Shown piece by piece: positions 8,988 to 17,951 of a stretch of 64,000 bases of DNA. The stretch's first letter is position 1. The number at the start of each line of letters is the position of its first letter. This DNA comes from Clostridia bacterium (GTDB lineage Bacteria > Bacillota > Clostridia > Oscillospirales > CAG-272). The notes beneath the pieces are model-generated. The model was not told the DNA's origin, searched no databases, and saw only the letters and a program-made list of their open reading frames with translations. The stretch covers positions 544-64,543 of the forward strand of contig JAFVVP010000001.1 of the NCBI GenBank assembly GCA_017502135.1, read 5' to 3'. The position numbers were made by a program, and so were the translations under genes.

Positions 8988-9000
8988 AGGGGATAAAAAT

Positions 9001-9801
9001 ATGAAATTTGATTTTTCAACACCAATGACAATATATGAATTGTTAGCAATAATATTGGCAGCATTAGCACTTGTAATTCCGTTTTTTAAGTGGATATACG
9101 ATAAGTATATTCGAAAGCTTAAATTTAATTTTCTTGCTTCTGGAAAGTTATCAGTGTTTTTCAATAAAAGCGGAGCCTATGTTTCTCTTGGCGGTGTTTA
9201 TGAAGCAAAGAACAAAACTGCTGCAGTAAAAAACATATCCGCAAAAATTAAAAGGACTTCTGACAAGGCGATATTATCGTTGAGATGGTCTACCTTCCAA
9301 TCTCCGGTGTTTAGACAAATTGCAGGAAATTACGAAACATCATTTGAAACAGCTCATCCTTTCAAAGTTGAGGCAGACACATTAACTCCTGTATTTGTCG
9401 AATTTGAAAATGCAGAACAAAATTCTGGCGAAATAATAAATTCGATTATTAATCCCTTACATAAAAAAGCTAATAGTGATATGAATACTCTAAACATCTC
9501 TGTGCAGGCATATGACCCATCCTACAGAGCGAGCACGGAGTATAAAAACGCCTTAATTGCAATGAATGACATATTCTTTTGGAAGCCGGGGGACTATACC
9601 ATCAAATTGATTACAGAGTATAACAATTCCACATTTTCATGTTATGGTGAATTCAGTTTGACGAAAGAAGACTCAGAAAAATTGCGCGCTAATATTGAAG
9701 AATTATTTGTTGAGCCTCTTGCTAATAAAATCAACTGCAGAATAACCGTTAACACGGTATCAAAAGAGTTTAAACTTGATAATCAATCACGCAAGGAATA
9801 A
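9001..9801 (+). CDS. Hypothetical membrane-anchored protein (one N-terminal TM helix, beta-rich C-terminal domain)
   Basis: ATG at 9001 follows AAAGGGGA. LLAIILAALALVIPFF is a TM segment. AT-rich. Lies 13 nt after the fic stop and 3 nt before the next ATG. Confidence 0.7.
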   Translation: MKFDFSTPMTIYELLAIILAALALVIPFFKWIYDKYIRKLKFNFLASGKLSVFFNKSGAYVSLGGVYEAKNKTAAVKNISAKIKRTSDKAILSLRWSTFQSPVFRQIAGNYETSFETAHPFKVEADTLTPVFVEFENAEQNSGEIINSIINPLHKKANSDMNTLNISVQAYDPSYRASTEYKNALIAMNDIFFWKPGDYTIKLITEYNNSTFSCYGEFSLTKEDSEKLRANIEELFVEPLANKINCRITVNTVSKEFKLDNQSRKE

Positions 9802-9804
9802 TAT

Positions 9805-10716
9805 ATGTCAGATATATGGTCATTATTAAAAAACGCGAACGATGCATTAAAACCGAATTTTCTATGTGTCCCACCATATCGTTGCGTTAATGGTGAATAC
9901 CTCAATGAGATTAACGAATCCATTTCCGCTGGAAAAGATGCATCGTTGAAAGTTCGTGGCAGCATTAACCTTCCGTGGCAAAGAGCCTATCAGTTTGAAT
10001 ATCGCTATAAGAAATGCAAAATCTTTGAACCATTTATGCCTGCAATAGAGTATGCAACTTACGATGCAATGGAAGGAAATTGGATATGCGCATATTTAAG
10101 TTTTCTTGCTGTTGTGGAAGCAGTATTGCGAAAATGGGCAGATGAACAATCCCTTACATTCGAAAGAATGAAAGGAATTGCCGCGGCATTAGTGAAGCAT
10201 ATGCAGTCACAAAAATATTTTCCCGATGAACGCATTGCTATAACAGATGGATATATCGATTATCTTCAATATATCCTTTGCGAAGTTCTTTACGAAGGGT
10301 TCGACGGATACAAACTCAAGTCCTTTTCAGATATATTCAATCGAAATCTATCCTTGCACAAACTCGAAGGTGTCATGGATATTTCCGAAGGGCTGTCCAA
10401 TGTAACCCGTATCATGTTAGTGTTAGATATCATCGCAGAATTATACTTCATGCAAAATCCGGAAGAATATTGGACAACCACTTTTCACGCAGATCCTGAA
10501 AATAATCCCGATTTTCAATTGCGTTGGAAATTATACATAAAACATTCCATGTTGGCTATCGGTCCAAACGACAGACTAATTATTCAAAATGCGCTGTTAA
10601 ATTATGTTGATGATGATATCAAAAAGGCGACAACTGCAAAATTAGATTTGGAAATCAAATTATTATCCGGCAAATTTTTCACAGGAGAAAACCACTATGG
10701 CAAAGAAAAAAGTTGA
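9805..10716 (+). CDS. Hypothetical alpha-helical protein with an RNxxxH (HEPN-type Rx4H) motif
   Basis: 303-aa ORF with RNLSLH at residues 180-185 (nt 10342-10359). Overlaps the hsdM start by 20 nt. No other family recognised. Confidence 0.7.
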   Translation: MSDIWSLLKNANDALKPNFLCVPPYRCVNGEYLNEINESISAGKDASLKVRGSINLPWQRAYQFEYRYKKCKIFEPFMPAIEYATYDAMEGNWICAYLSFLAVVEAVLRKWADEQSLTFERMKGIAAALVKHMQSQKYFPDERIAITDGYIDYLQYILCEVLYEGFDGYKLKSFSDIFNRNLSLHKLEGVMDISEGLSNVTRIMLVLDIIAELYFMQNPEEYWTTTFHADPENNPDFQLRWKLYIKHSMLAIGPNDRLIIQNALLNYVDDDIKKATTAKLDLEIKLLSGKFFTGENHYGKEKS

Positions 10717-12301
10717 AGAAAAAATAAATCTTGATTCGATACTGTTCAAGTGTCGTGATATACTGCGTGCGGCGCGCAATTCGGGCTCGTTTTTTGAAAA
10801 GCGCGATATGATGCTGACGCTCGTGTTCTTGCGCTTCATTGGCGAGAAATTTGAGGACGGCGTTGAAAAGCTCCGTCAGGATCTTATTGCCCAGGGACTC
10901 GATCCCGATGATGAGGAAATCTTCGCGGCGTTCTTTGATGACGCTACCTTCACGGACGGTACGTATAACCTTCCCGTAGAAGCTCGCTGGTCTACCATCA
11001 TCAATACCCCTGCGCCCGGACTCAACGTTGCTCTTGACACTGCCCTTCACAGCATTGCTACGAGCAGTAAACAGCTCAAAGGATGCTTTGTCGAGGGTAC
11101 TTTCACTACGCGAAATCTCGCCGCTAACGACATCAAAAAGATCGTAGACGAAGTCAATAAGATCAGCCACAAGGCGTTTGGCGAGGAAAAAGACCTCATC
11201 GGACGTGTATACGAATACTTCCTCAAGGAATTTGCCGTAAACGCGACCAAAGAGGAAGGTGAGTTCTATACCCCTCACGATGCCGTGCAGTTGATCGCCG
11301 CTATGATCGAGCCTTTTGACGGTACACTCTATGACCCTTGTTGCGGTTCGGGAGGTATGTTCATTCAGAGTACCGACCTTATCCGTGAAAAGCGCGGTGA
11401 TATCAGCCGTATCAATATTTACGGTCAGGAGAAAGAGCCTGCAACCTATCGCCTTGCAAAAATGAACCTCGCTTTGCGCGGTATCAGCCACAATCTGGGT
11501 GACGAGGCTGACTCTACCTTTACCCACGACCTTCACAAAGGTCTCTACTTCGATTACATCATGGCGAACCCGCCCTTTAACCTCAAGGGATGGTACGATG
11601 AAAATCTCAAAAATGACTCCCGTTGGGCAGATTACGTAACCCCTCCCGAAAGCAACGCCAACTATGCCTGGATCCTTCATATGCTCTCTCACTTGAAAGC
11701 AACCAAGGGTGTAGCAGGCTTCCTTCTTGCCAACGGTGCGCTCGGTGACAGCGATACTTTGGAAATTCGTAAAAAGCTCATTCAGAATGACAAGGTAGAA
11801 GCTATTATCATTCTCCCTCGTGAGCTCTTTATTACCACCGATATCAGCGTTACACTTTGGATTTTGAATCAGAACAAGAAGGGCGGCGAATACCACGGCA
11901 GAACTCTGCGCAGCCGCGAGAATGAAATTCTCTTTATGGATCTTCGTACTTGGACAGAAAACCCCGTTAAGAACGAGGGTAAAAAGAAAATATTCTTGAG
12001 CGATGAACAGATTCAGAGAGCCGCAGACATCTACCATACTTGGCAAAACGAAGGAACGGATGGAACAAATTATGCTGTGCCCGAACTGTATCGTAGTGTA
12101 AGCAAGGAGATTATTGAAGGACAGGGCTGGAGCCTTGTTCCCAGTAAGTATATTGAGTTTATCGACCACGACTTGGATATTGATTTCAATGCTGAAATGA
12201 GCCGTATTCAGGCAGAAATGCGCGATGTTCTCGCACAGGAAAAGCAGTCTCAAAAGATGCTTGAGGATGCTTTTAGGGGGATTGGATATGGCATTAACTA
12301 A
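10697..12301 (+). CDS. hsdM: Type I restriction-modification system, DNA methyltransferase subunit M
   Basis: HsdM N-terminal domain, AdoMet motif DPCCGSGGM, and catalytic NPPF (IMANPPFNLKGW). Confidence 0.95.
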   Translation: MAKKKVEEKINLDSILFKCRDILRAARNSGSFFEKRDMMLTLVFLRFIGEKFEDGVEKLRQDLIAQGLDPDDEEIFAAFFDDATFTDGTYNLPVEARWSTIINTPAPGLNVALDTALHSIATSSKQLKGCFVEGTFTTRNLAANDIKKIVDEVNKISHKAFGEEKDLIGRVYEYFLKEFAVNATKEEGEFYTPHDAVQLIAAMIEPFDGTLYDPCCGSGGMFIQSTDLIREKRGDISRINIYGQEKEPATYRLAKMNLALRGISHNLGDEADSTFTHDLHKGLYFDYIMANPPFNLKGWYDENLKNDSRWADYVTPPESNANYAWILHMLSHLKATKGVAGFLLANGALGDSDTLEIRKKLIQNDKVEAIIILPRELFITTDISVTLWILNQNKKGGEYHGRTLRSRENEILFMDLRTWTENPVKNEGKKKIFLSDEQIQRAADIYHTWQNEGTDGTNYAVPELYRSVSKEIIEGQGWSLVPSKYIEFIDHDLDIDFNAEMSRIQAEMRDVLAQEKQSQKMLEDAFRGIGYGIN

Positions 12302-13385
12302 ATATAAACTTGGCGAGTTAATCAAACAACGCAGAGAGAAATACGACGGTTTAGAAGAGCTTCCTATAAAAGGTGTTGCTCGAGAAGGATTTATCTCACC
12401 TAAGCAGGACGGAGCGGATCTTTCTATCTATAACGTATATTATTTGAATGATTTTGTATTTAATCCCGCAAGAATGGAATTGAATTCTATCGCCCTAAAT
12501 ACGTTTTGGGATAAAGCCATTTGTTCTTCTCTGTATGAAATCTTTTATATCACTCGTACAGATTTGCTGCTTCCTGAATATCTGAATCTATATATAAAAA
12601 GAGATGAATTTGCACGCAAGTGCTGGTTTGAGGCTGTTGGCTCAGCTCGTAACTATTTCAGGGTAGCAGATTTATCAGAATTTGACATCGAACTTCCTGA
12701 CCTTCCCACTCAGCAGAAATATGTTGATATCTACAAAGCAATGGTTGCCAATCAGCAGAGCTACGAGCGTGGATTGAAAGATTTGAAGCTTGTTTGTGAC
12801 GCATACATCGAGAATATAAGTGCAGATGAATATAAATCGATTGGATTATTTATTAAGAGGAATCAAAATAAAAATCAAGAAAAAGTCTTTAACAAAACAC
12901 AGGTTAAAGGATTTAACAATGAAGGTGAGTTTATCAAGCCTATGCGACTGTTTTCAGGAGATATCTCGACATTCAAAGTAATTAAGAAAAACGATTTTGT
13001 TTACAATTCTCGAATAAATAGTACCATAAAAAAATTAAGCGTAGCTCTAAACGAAGGTGATGATTTAATTGTAAGTCCGGCTTATGAATCCTTTTACATA
13101 TGTGATACCGATAAATTAGATCCGTACTACCTATATATGTTGTTGCAAAGAGAACAATTTGCGAAGAAAGTTTTATTCCACTCATTTGGTAGTTCTACGT
13201 TAGTGTTTGGATTTGATAATTTGGGAGAGGTGGAGATTCCGATACCAGATATTCAAATTCAAAGAGCTATTGCAAACATATACAGAACTTATAAAGAACG
13301 AAAAGCTATCAACGAAAAGTTGAAAGCTCAAATTAAAGACATTTGCCCGATACTGATTCAGGGATCATTGGAGGAAGGAAAATAA
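12288..13385 (+). CDS. hsdS: Type I restriction-modification system, specificity subunit S (two TRDs)
   Basis: ATG at 12288 after AGGGGG, overlapping the hsdM end by 14 nt. Two target-recognition halves are separated by conserved helical spacers (QQKYVDIYKAM.. / IQRAIANIYRTY..). Confidence 0.85.
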   Translation: MALTKYKLGELIKQRREKYDGLEELPIKGVAREGFISPKQDGADLSIYNVYYLNDFVFNPARMELNSIALNTFWDKAICSSLYEIFYITRTDLLLPEYLNLYIKRDEFARKCWFEAVGSARNYFRVADLSEFDIELPDLPTQQKYVDIYKAMVANQQSYERGLKDLKLVCDAYIENISADEYKSIGLFIKRNQNKNQEKVFNKTQVKGFNNEGEFIKPMRLFSGDISTFKVIKKNDFVYNSRINSTIKKLSVALNEGDDLIVSPAYESFYICDTDKLDPYYLYMLLQREQFAKKVLFHSFGSSTLVFGFDNLGEVEIPIPDIQIQRAIANIYRTYKERKAINEKLKAQIKDICPILIQGSLEEGK

Positions 13386-13387
13386 TA

Positions 13388-14596
13388 GTGGCATTTAGAT
13401 TAAACATCGATAATATTCTTGAAACCAATATACGAGAATTAAATTCACATGAAATCACAAGTTTTGAATACGAGGATTTGTATAGCGATATAAGCAACGA
13501 GAAGTTGAAAACCGTTTTCACGTGGCTTCATGGCGGATACATGAGTCTTTTCAGAACAATGAACGAAAGACTTCCCACTAATGGATATGGTGCGCACTTT
13601 TGGGCAGAGCCGAGTAGGGAGTTGATTTTTATTATTGAACTTACCATATCTCTCCAAGGCTCTTTGAAAAAGACCGAGTGGGCTTTTTCGATAGACGAAT
13701 ATTACGATGATTTAATTAGGCAATGCCGAGAGTTTTTATCCAATAGTGGCGGTAGCACCCTGCCACCTAATATGAATAAAATAACACTTTGCTACGTAGA
13801 ACCTATTTTCAATCTTACAGAATCAATGGTTGTTAGCGGTGAGAGTCATTCTTTTGTTTCGAATTTAAAACCTATTGGAAATGGCTCTTACGCCAATGTG
13901 TTCCGATATACTGATGAATTTTACCACAGAGATTTCGTGCTTAAAAGAGCGAAAAACGATTTGAACGAAAAAGAGCTTCAACGGTTCAAACGAGAATTTG
14001 AGGAAATGCAATCTCTTCATTCCCCATACATAGTGGAAGTGTACTCGTACAACGAGGCAAGGCACGAATATATAATGGAATTGATGGATTACACTTTGGA
14101 AAATTACATCAAAATTCATAATCAATCCATGACCGTACAGGAACGCAGAAATATAATAATGCAGCTTCTACGTGCTTACGGATATTTATATTCCAAAAAT
14201 ATTTATCATCGCGATATCAGTCCCCAAAATGTGCTTATAAAGCAATATGACGATACCTTGGTGGTCAAACTCTCCGATTTTGGTCTTGTCAAAATAGTGG
14301 ATAGTGATTTAACATCGGAAAACACAGAGATAAAAGGTTCTCTAAATGATCCAGCATTAAAAACAGAGGGATTTGAAAACTATGGTTTGATACACGAACT
14401 GTATGCCATAACGTTACTATTCACATACGTGATGACTGGAAAGACAAACTGGGCAAAAATTAACGATTCTATTATCAAGCCTTTTATGAATAAAGGCACA
14501 AACCCCGATAAATCAAAAAGATTTCAAACGTTGGAGGAACTTGGCGATGCCGTTAAAGCATGTTTGATATCGCTTGAAAGACTACAGCAGTTTTGA
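13388..14596 (+). CDS. Hanks-type Ser/Thr protein kinase with an unknown ~170-aa N-terminal domain, embedded between hsdS and hsdR
   Basis: GTG at 13388 follows GGAGGAAGG (alternative ATG at 13343). Kinase motifs present: G-loop IGNGSYANVF, VLKRAK, YHRDISPQNVL (HRD at 14207-14215) and DFG (14276-14284). Confidence 0.85.
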   Translation: MAFRLNIDNILETNIRELNSHEITSFEYEDLYSDISNEKLKTVFTWLHGGYMSLFRTMNERLPTNGYGAHFWAEPSRELIFIIELTISLQGSLKKTEWAFSIDEYYDDLIRQCREFLSNSGGSTLPPNMNKITLCYVEPIFNLTESMVVSGESHSFVSNLKPIGNGSYANVFRYTDEFYHRDFVLKRAKNDLNEKELQRFKREFEEMQSLHSPYIVEVYSYNEARHEYIMELMDYTLENYIKIHNQSMTVQERRNIIMQLLRAYGYLYSKNIYHRDISPQNVLIKQYDDTLVVKLSDFGLVKIVDSDLTSENTEIKGSLNDPALKTEGFENYGLIHELYAITLLFTYVMTGKTNWAKINDSIIKPFMNKGTNPDKSKRFQTLEELGDAVKACLISLERLQQF

Positions 14597-14610
14597 AACT
14601 GGAGGTAAAA

Positions 14611-17600
14611 ATGGCAAACTTACAAAACTACAACGGACGCTATTGCGAATCTCAATTTGAATATGCGTTCCTCTCATTTTTAGAGGCAGAGGGATGGCAT
14701 TATCTGCACGGCAATAGCATTCCGCGTGAAAATAAAACTGCAGTTTTGTATGCGGATGATATGGAGCAGTTTTTGAGCAAGACCAATACGGATCTGACTG
14801 CCGACGAAATCCATCAGATCATGGACAAGGTGCGCCTTGTCGGTGCGGAGAGTGAGTTCTCCACACTTCATACGGTGTACGGATGGATGGTTGACGGCGT
14901 GCAGTTTGTTCCTCAAAGTGGACTTGCCCGTATGGTTGCGCTCATTGACTTTGAGCATCCCGAAAACAATATCTTCCGTGCAGTAAACCAGTTTACCGTC
15001 GAGTATATCAACAACGGGCAGAAGGAGAACCGCCGTCCCGATATTCTTCTGTATGTCAACGGTATGCCTCTGTGTATTATTGAACTCAAGAACCCTGCCG
15101 ACGCCAACGCAACGATTTTTGATGCCTACGAGCAGATCACCATTCGTTATTGGCGCGATATCCCTCATCTTCTGCATTACTGCCCCTTGGCATGTATTTC
15201 CGATGGTGTGAAAACTCGCCTCGGTACTGTCCACACACCCTACGAGCATTTCTATGCTTGGCGTCGTGTCAACGATGGGGACAAGGTATCCACGCTTCCT
15301 TTTGATGAACTCGAAACCATGATTAAGGGCGTATATGCCCCGGCAAGATTCCTTGAGATCTTCCGTGACTATATTTATTTTCAAGACCGCGAATACGACA
15401 GCGATGAGAAAGAAATCGTCTGCCGTTATCCGCAGTTCTTTGCTGCACGTTTGCTCAAGCAAAGTATCGTAAAATCGGTTATCGAAAAGAGCGGAAAAGG
15501 CGGTACATATTTCGGTGCGACCGGATGTGGTAAAACATACACCATGGCGTTCCTTGCTCGTCAGCTCGCGTTGCGTTGTACCGATGTTCCCGAAATCGGT
15601 TCGCCTACGATTGTAATGATCGTTGACCGTGAGGAACTGCAAAAGCAGGGTGCAAAGCTGTTCACCAAGAGTAAGGAATTCTTAAACCTCGGTGAAGTAA
15701 GCATCGTTCCCACCCGTAAAAAGCTCCGTGAGGAACTCGGCGCACGTGAAAGCGGCGGATTCTATATCTGTACCATTCAGAAGTTCTGCGACCGCGAAGA
15801 TGATAAAATCGGTCTGATCAATGACCGTGCCAATATTATTTGCTTCTCGGATGAAGCCCACAGAACACAGCTTGAGCATGCAAAGACGCTCAAGTTCAGC
15901 AAGGACACCGACGAAAATATGAAAGCTATGGTGTCCAAGCCTTATGCAAAGGTGCTCAAAGAGGCACTGCCCAACGCTACGTTCGTTGGATTTACCGGTA
16001 CGCCCATTTCCGAAACCTATCAGACCTTCGGTGACGAAATTGACCGCTATACCATGGATCAGGCTGTGGCAGATGGATTGACCGTATCTATCAAATACCA
16101 TCCCCGTATTGCCAAAGTCCTGCTCGATCAGGAAAAGGCAAAGGAAATCGAGGCATACTATAAGAAATGCTTTGATGATGGTGCTACCGAAGAAGACGTT
16201 GAAGCAAGTAAGAAAGCAATGAGCTCAATGGAAGTTATCCTTGGCGAGCCTTCTCGTTTGGAACGTTTAGCAGTAGATATCCATGATCACTATGTATCTG
16301 CTTGCGCCAAAGATCCCGACAGAGTGCAAAAAGCAATGGTCGTGTGCTCTTCGAGACCGATTGCATACGCACTTTTAAAGAAATTCCAAGAGAAATATCC
16401 CGAATGGTTCGTGGAAAAAAAGACTCCCGACGGAGTGAAAGTATCCGACGAGGAATTGAACAAGCTGAAGCCCATGCCATTTATGGCAATGGTTGCGAGT
16501 GTGGGCAAAAACGATGAGCCGGATATGTATAACTATCTCGGCGGTGTTAAAAACGGTTGTCGTTCCGAGGATCTTGATGCCGCATTTAAGCAAGACAATT
16601 CCAACTTCCATATCGTAATCGTTGTGGATATGTGGATCACCGGCTTTGACGTTCCTTCTCTGACCTATATGTATAACGATAAGCCTTTGAAGAAGCATCT
16701 GTTGATTCAGACCATAAGCCGTGTCAACAGAAAGTATCCTGGCAAGGATTACGGTTTCATCGTTGACTATATCGGTATTCGCGATAATATGCGTGAGGCT
16801 ATAAAGCAGTACGGTGGCGGCACCTCCATTGCTCCTTCTGCCGATGACGTGGAGCAGGCTACCGAGGTGTTTAGAGAACACATGGACGTTCTCAAGGATC
16901 TGTTTAAGGGGTATGACCTTACGCCATTCCTTGATCCCGAAGGAGATCCCGCTCTGCGTTATAGACTCTTAGCGAAAGCAGCCGAGTACGTATTTATCTC
17001 TACACAGGAATTGAACACGCAGAATAACGACGGCAAGAGTGTTCAGAAGGTATCCTTTAAGACATATTTTCTGAAGACTGTTAAGAGAATGCGTACCGCA
17101 TATGATATTTGTCAGCCCTCGGGTGAACTCGGAGAGGAAGAATCTGCCCTTGCACAGTGCTTTATGGCAATCGCAGGATTTGTCCGTAAGATGAGCGGCA
17201 CAAGCGAGGTGGATGCTGATACTATGAATCGCCACGTTGCGAAGATGGTTGAGGAAGCATTGAAGTATAACGAGGTTGAAAGCGTATTGGAAGACGGCGA
17301 GCAGGAAGATATTTTCAGCCCCGAATATTTCGAGAAGTTGTCTGACGTTAAAATGCCTGCCTCCAAGCTTGAAATCCTTGTAAAAATGCTTCGCAAGCAG
17401 ATCAAGGAATACAGCAAGACAAATCAGATGGCAGCGAAGAAATTCCAAGAGATGCTTGAAGAAACTATTAAGCTGTATCACGAAAGAAGAAAGCACCTCA
17501 CCGCAGAAGAAGCAGGAGAGGCGCAGGAGCACGCTACCGAGGATATTATCAGAAACGCTACCGAACAGGCACTTCGTATTTTGAAGGATATGAATGCCGA

Positions 17601-17940
17601 TCGTGAGAGCTTCCGAAAGATAGGTCTCACGTTTGAGGAAAAGGCATTCTACGATATTTTGATGGCGCTCCGAGATGAATACAACTTTGAGTACGGCACG
17701 GACAAAAAGGTGGATGGTATCGTTATTAACGATAAATGCAAATCCCTCGCTAAAAAGATCAAAGAGATTATCGATACCAAATCTTCCTTTGCAGATTGGC
17801 TCAACAATCAGATCGTCCGTGACCAGCTCAAATTTGATATCAAGGTTTGCTTGGTAAAGAATGGTTATCCTCCGCAGTATAGCCCCGAGGTGTTCCGTAA
17901 AGTTATGGAGCAGGTCGAGAATTTCGAGGAAAATAATTGA
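14611..17940 (+). CDS. hsdR: Type I restriction enzyme, R subunit (helicase/endonuclease)
   Basis: ATG at 14611 after GGAGG. HsdR_N nuclease region, Walker A GATGCGKTYTM, DEAH box FSDEAHRTQ, and a long C-terminal helical domain. Confidence 0.95.
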   Translation: MANLQNYNGRYCESQFEYAFLSFLEAEGWHYLHGNSIPRENKTAVLYADDMEQFLSKTNTDLTADEIHQIMDKVRLVGAESEFSTLHTVYGWMVDGVQFVPQSGLARMVALIDFEHPENNIFRAVNQFTVEYINNGQKENRRPDILLYVNGMPLCIIELKNPADANATIFDAYEQITIRYWRDIPHLLHYCPLACISDGVKTRLGTVHTPYEHFYAWRRVNDGDKVSTLPFDELETMIKGVYAPARFLEIFRDYIYFQDREYDSDEKEIVCRYPQFFAARLLKQSIVKSVIEKSGKGGTYFGATGCGKTYTMAFLARQLALRCTDVPEIGSPTIVMIVDREELQKQGAKLFTKSKEFLNLGEVSIVPTRKKLREELGARESGGFYICTIQKFCDREDDKIGLINDRANIICFSDEAHRTQLEHAKTLKFSKDTDENMKAMVSKPYAKVLKEALPNATFVGFTGTPISETYQTFGDEIDRYTMDQAVADGLTVSIKYHPRIAKVLLDQEKAKEIEAYYKKCFDDGATEEDVEASKKAMSSMEVILGEPSRLERLAVDIHDHYVSACAKDPDRVQKAMVVCSSRPIAYALLKKFQEKYPEWFVEKKTPDGVKVSDEELNKLKPMPFMAMVASVGKNDEPDMYNYLGGVKNGCRSEDLDAAFKQDNSNFHIVIVVDMWITGFDVPSLTYMYNDKPLKKHLLIQTISRVNRKYPGKDYGFIVDYIGIRDNMREAIKQYGGGTSIAPSADDVEQATEVFREHMDVLKDLFKGYDLTPFLDPEGDPALRYRLLAKAAEYVFISTQELNTQNNDGKSVQKVSFKTYFLKTVKRMRTAYDICQPSGELGEEESALAQCFMAIAGFVRKMSGTSEVDADTMNRHVAKMVEEALKYNEVESVLEDGEQEDIFSPEYFEKLSDVKMPASKLEILVKMLRKQIKEYSKTNQMAAKKFQEMLEETIKLYHERRKHLTAEEAGEAQEHATEDIIRNATEQALRILKDMNADRESFRKIGLTFEEKAFYDILMALRDEYNFEYGTDKKVDGIVINDKCKSLAKKIKEIIDTKSSFADWLNNQIVRDQLKFDIKVCLVKNGYPPQYSPEVFRKVMEQVENFEENN

Positions 17941-17951
17941 GAGGAGAAGCT

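Noticed and set aside
8091-9164. 357-aa minus-strand ORF
   Set aside because: It is antisense to the well-supported fic gene and the start of the 9001 gene. Low-complexity composition and no motifs; a shadow ORF.
10679-12325. 548-aa minus-strand ORF
   Set aside because: It is exactly antisense to hsdM, which has unmistakable methyltransferase motifs. A shadow ORF.
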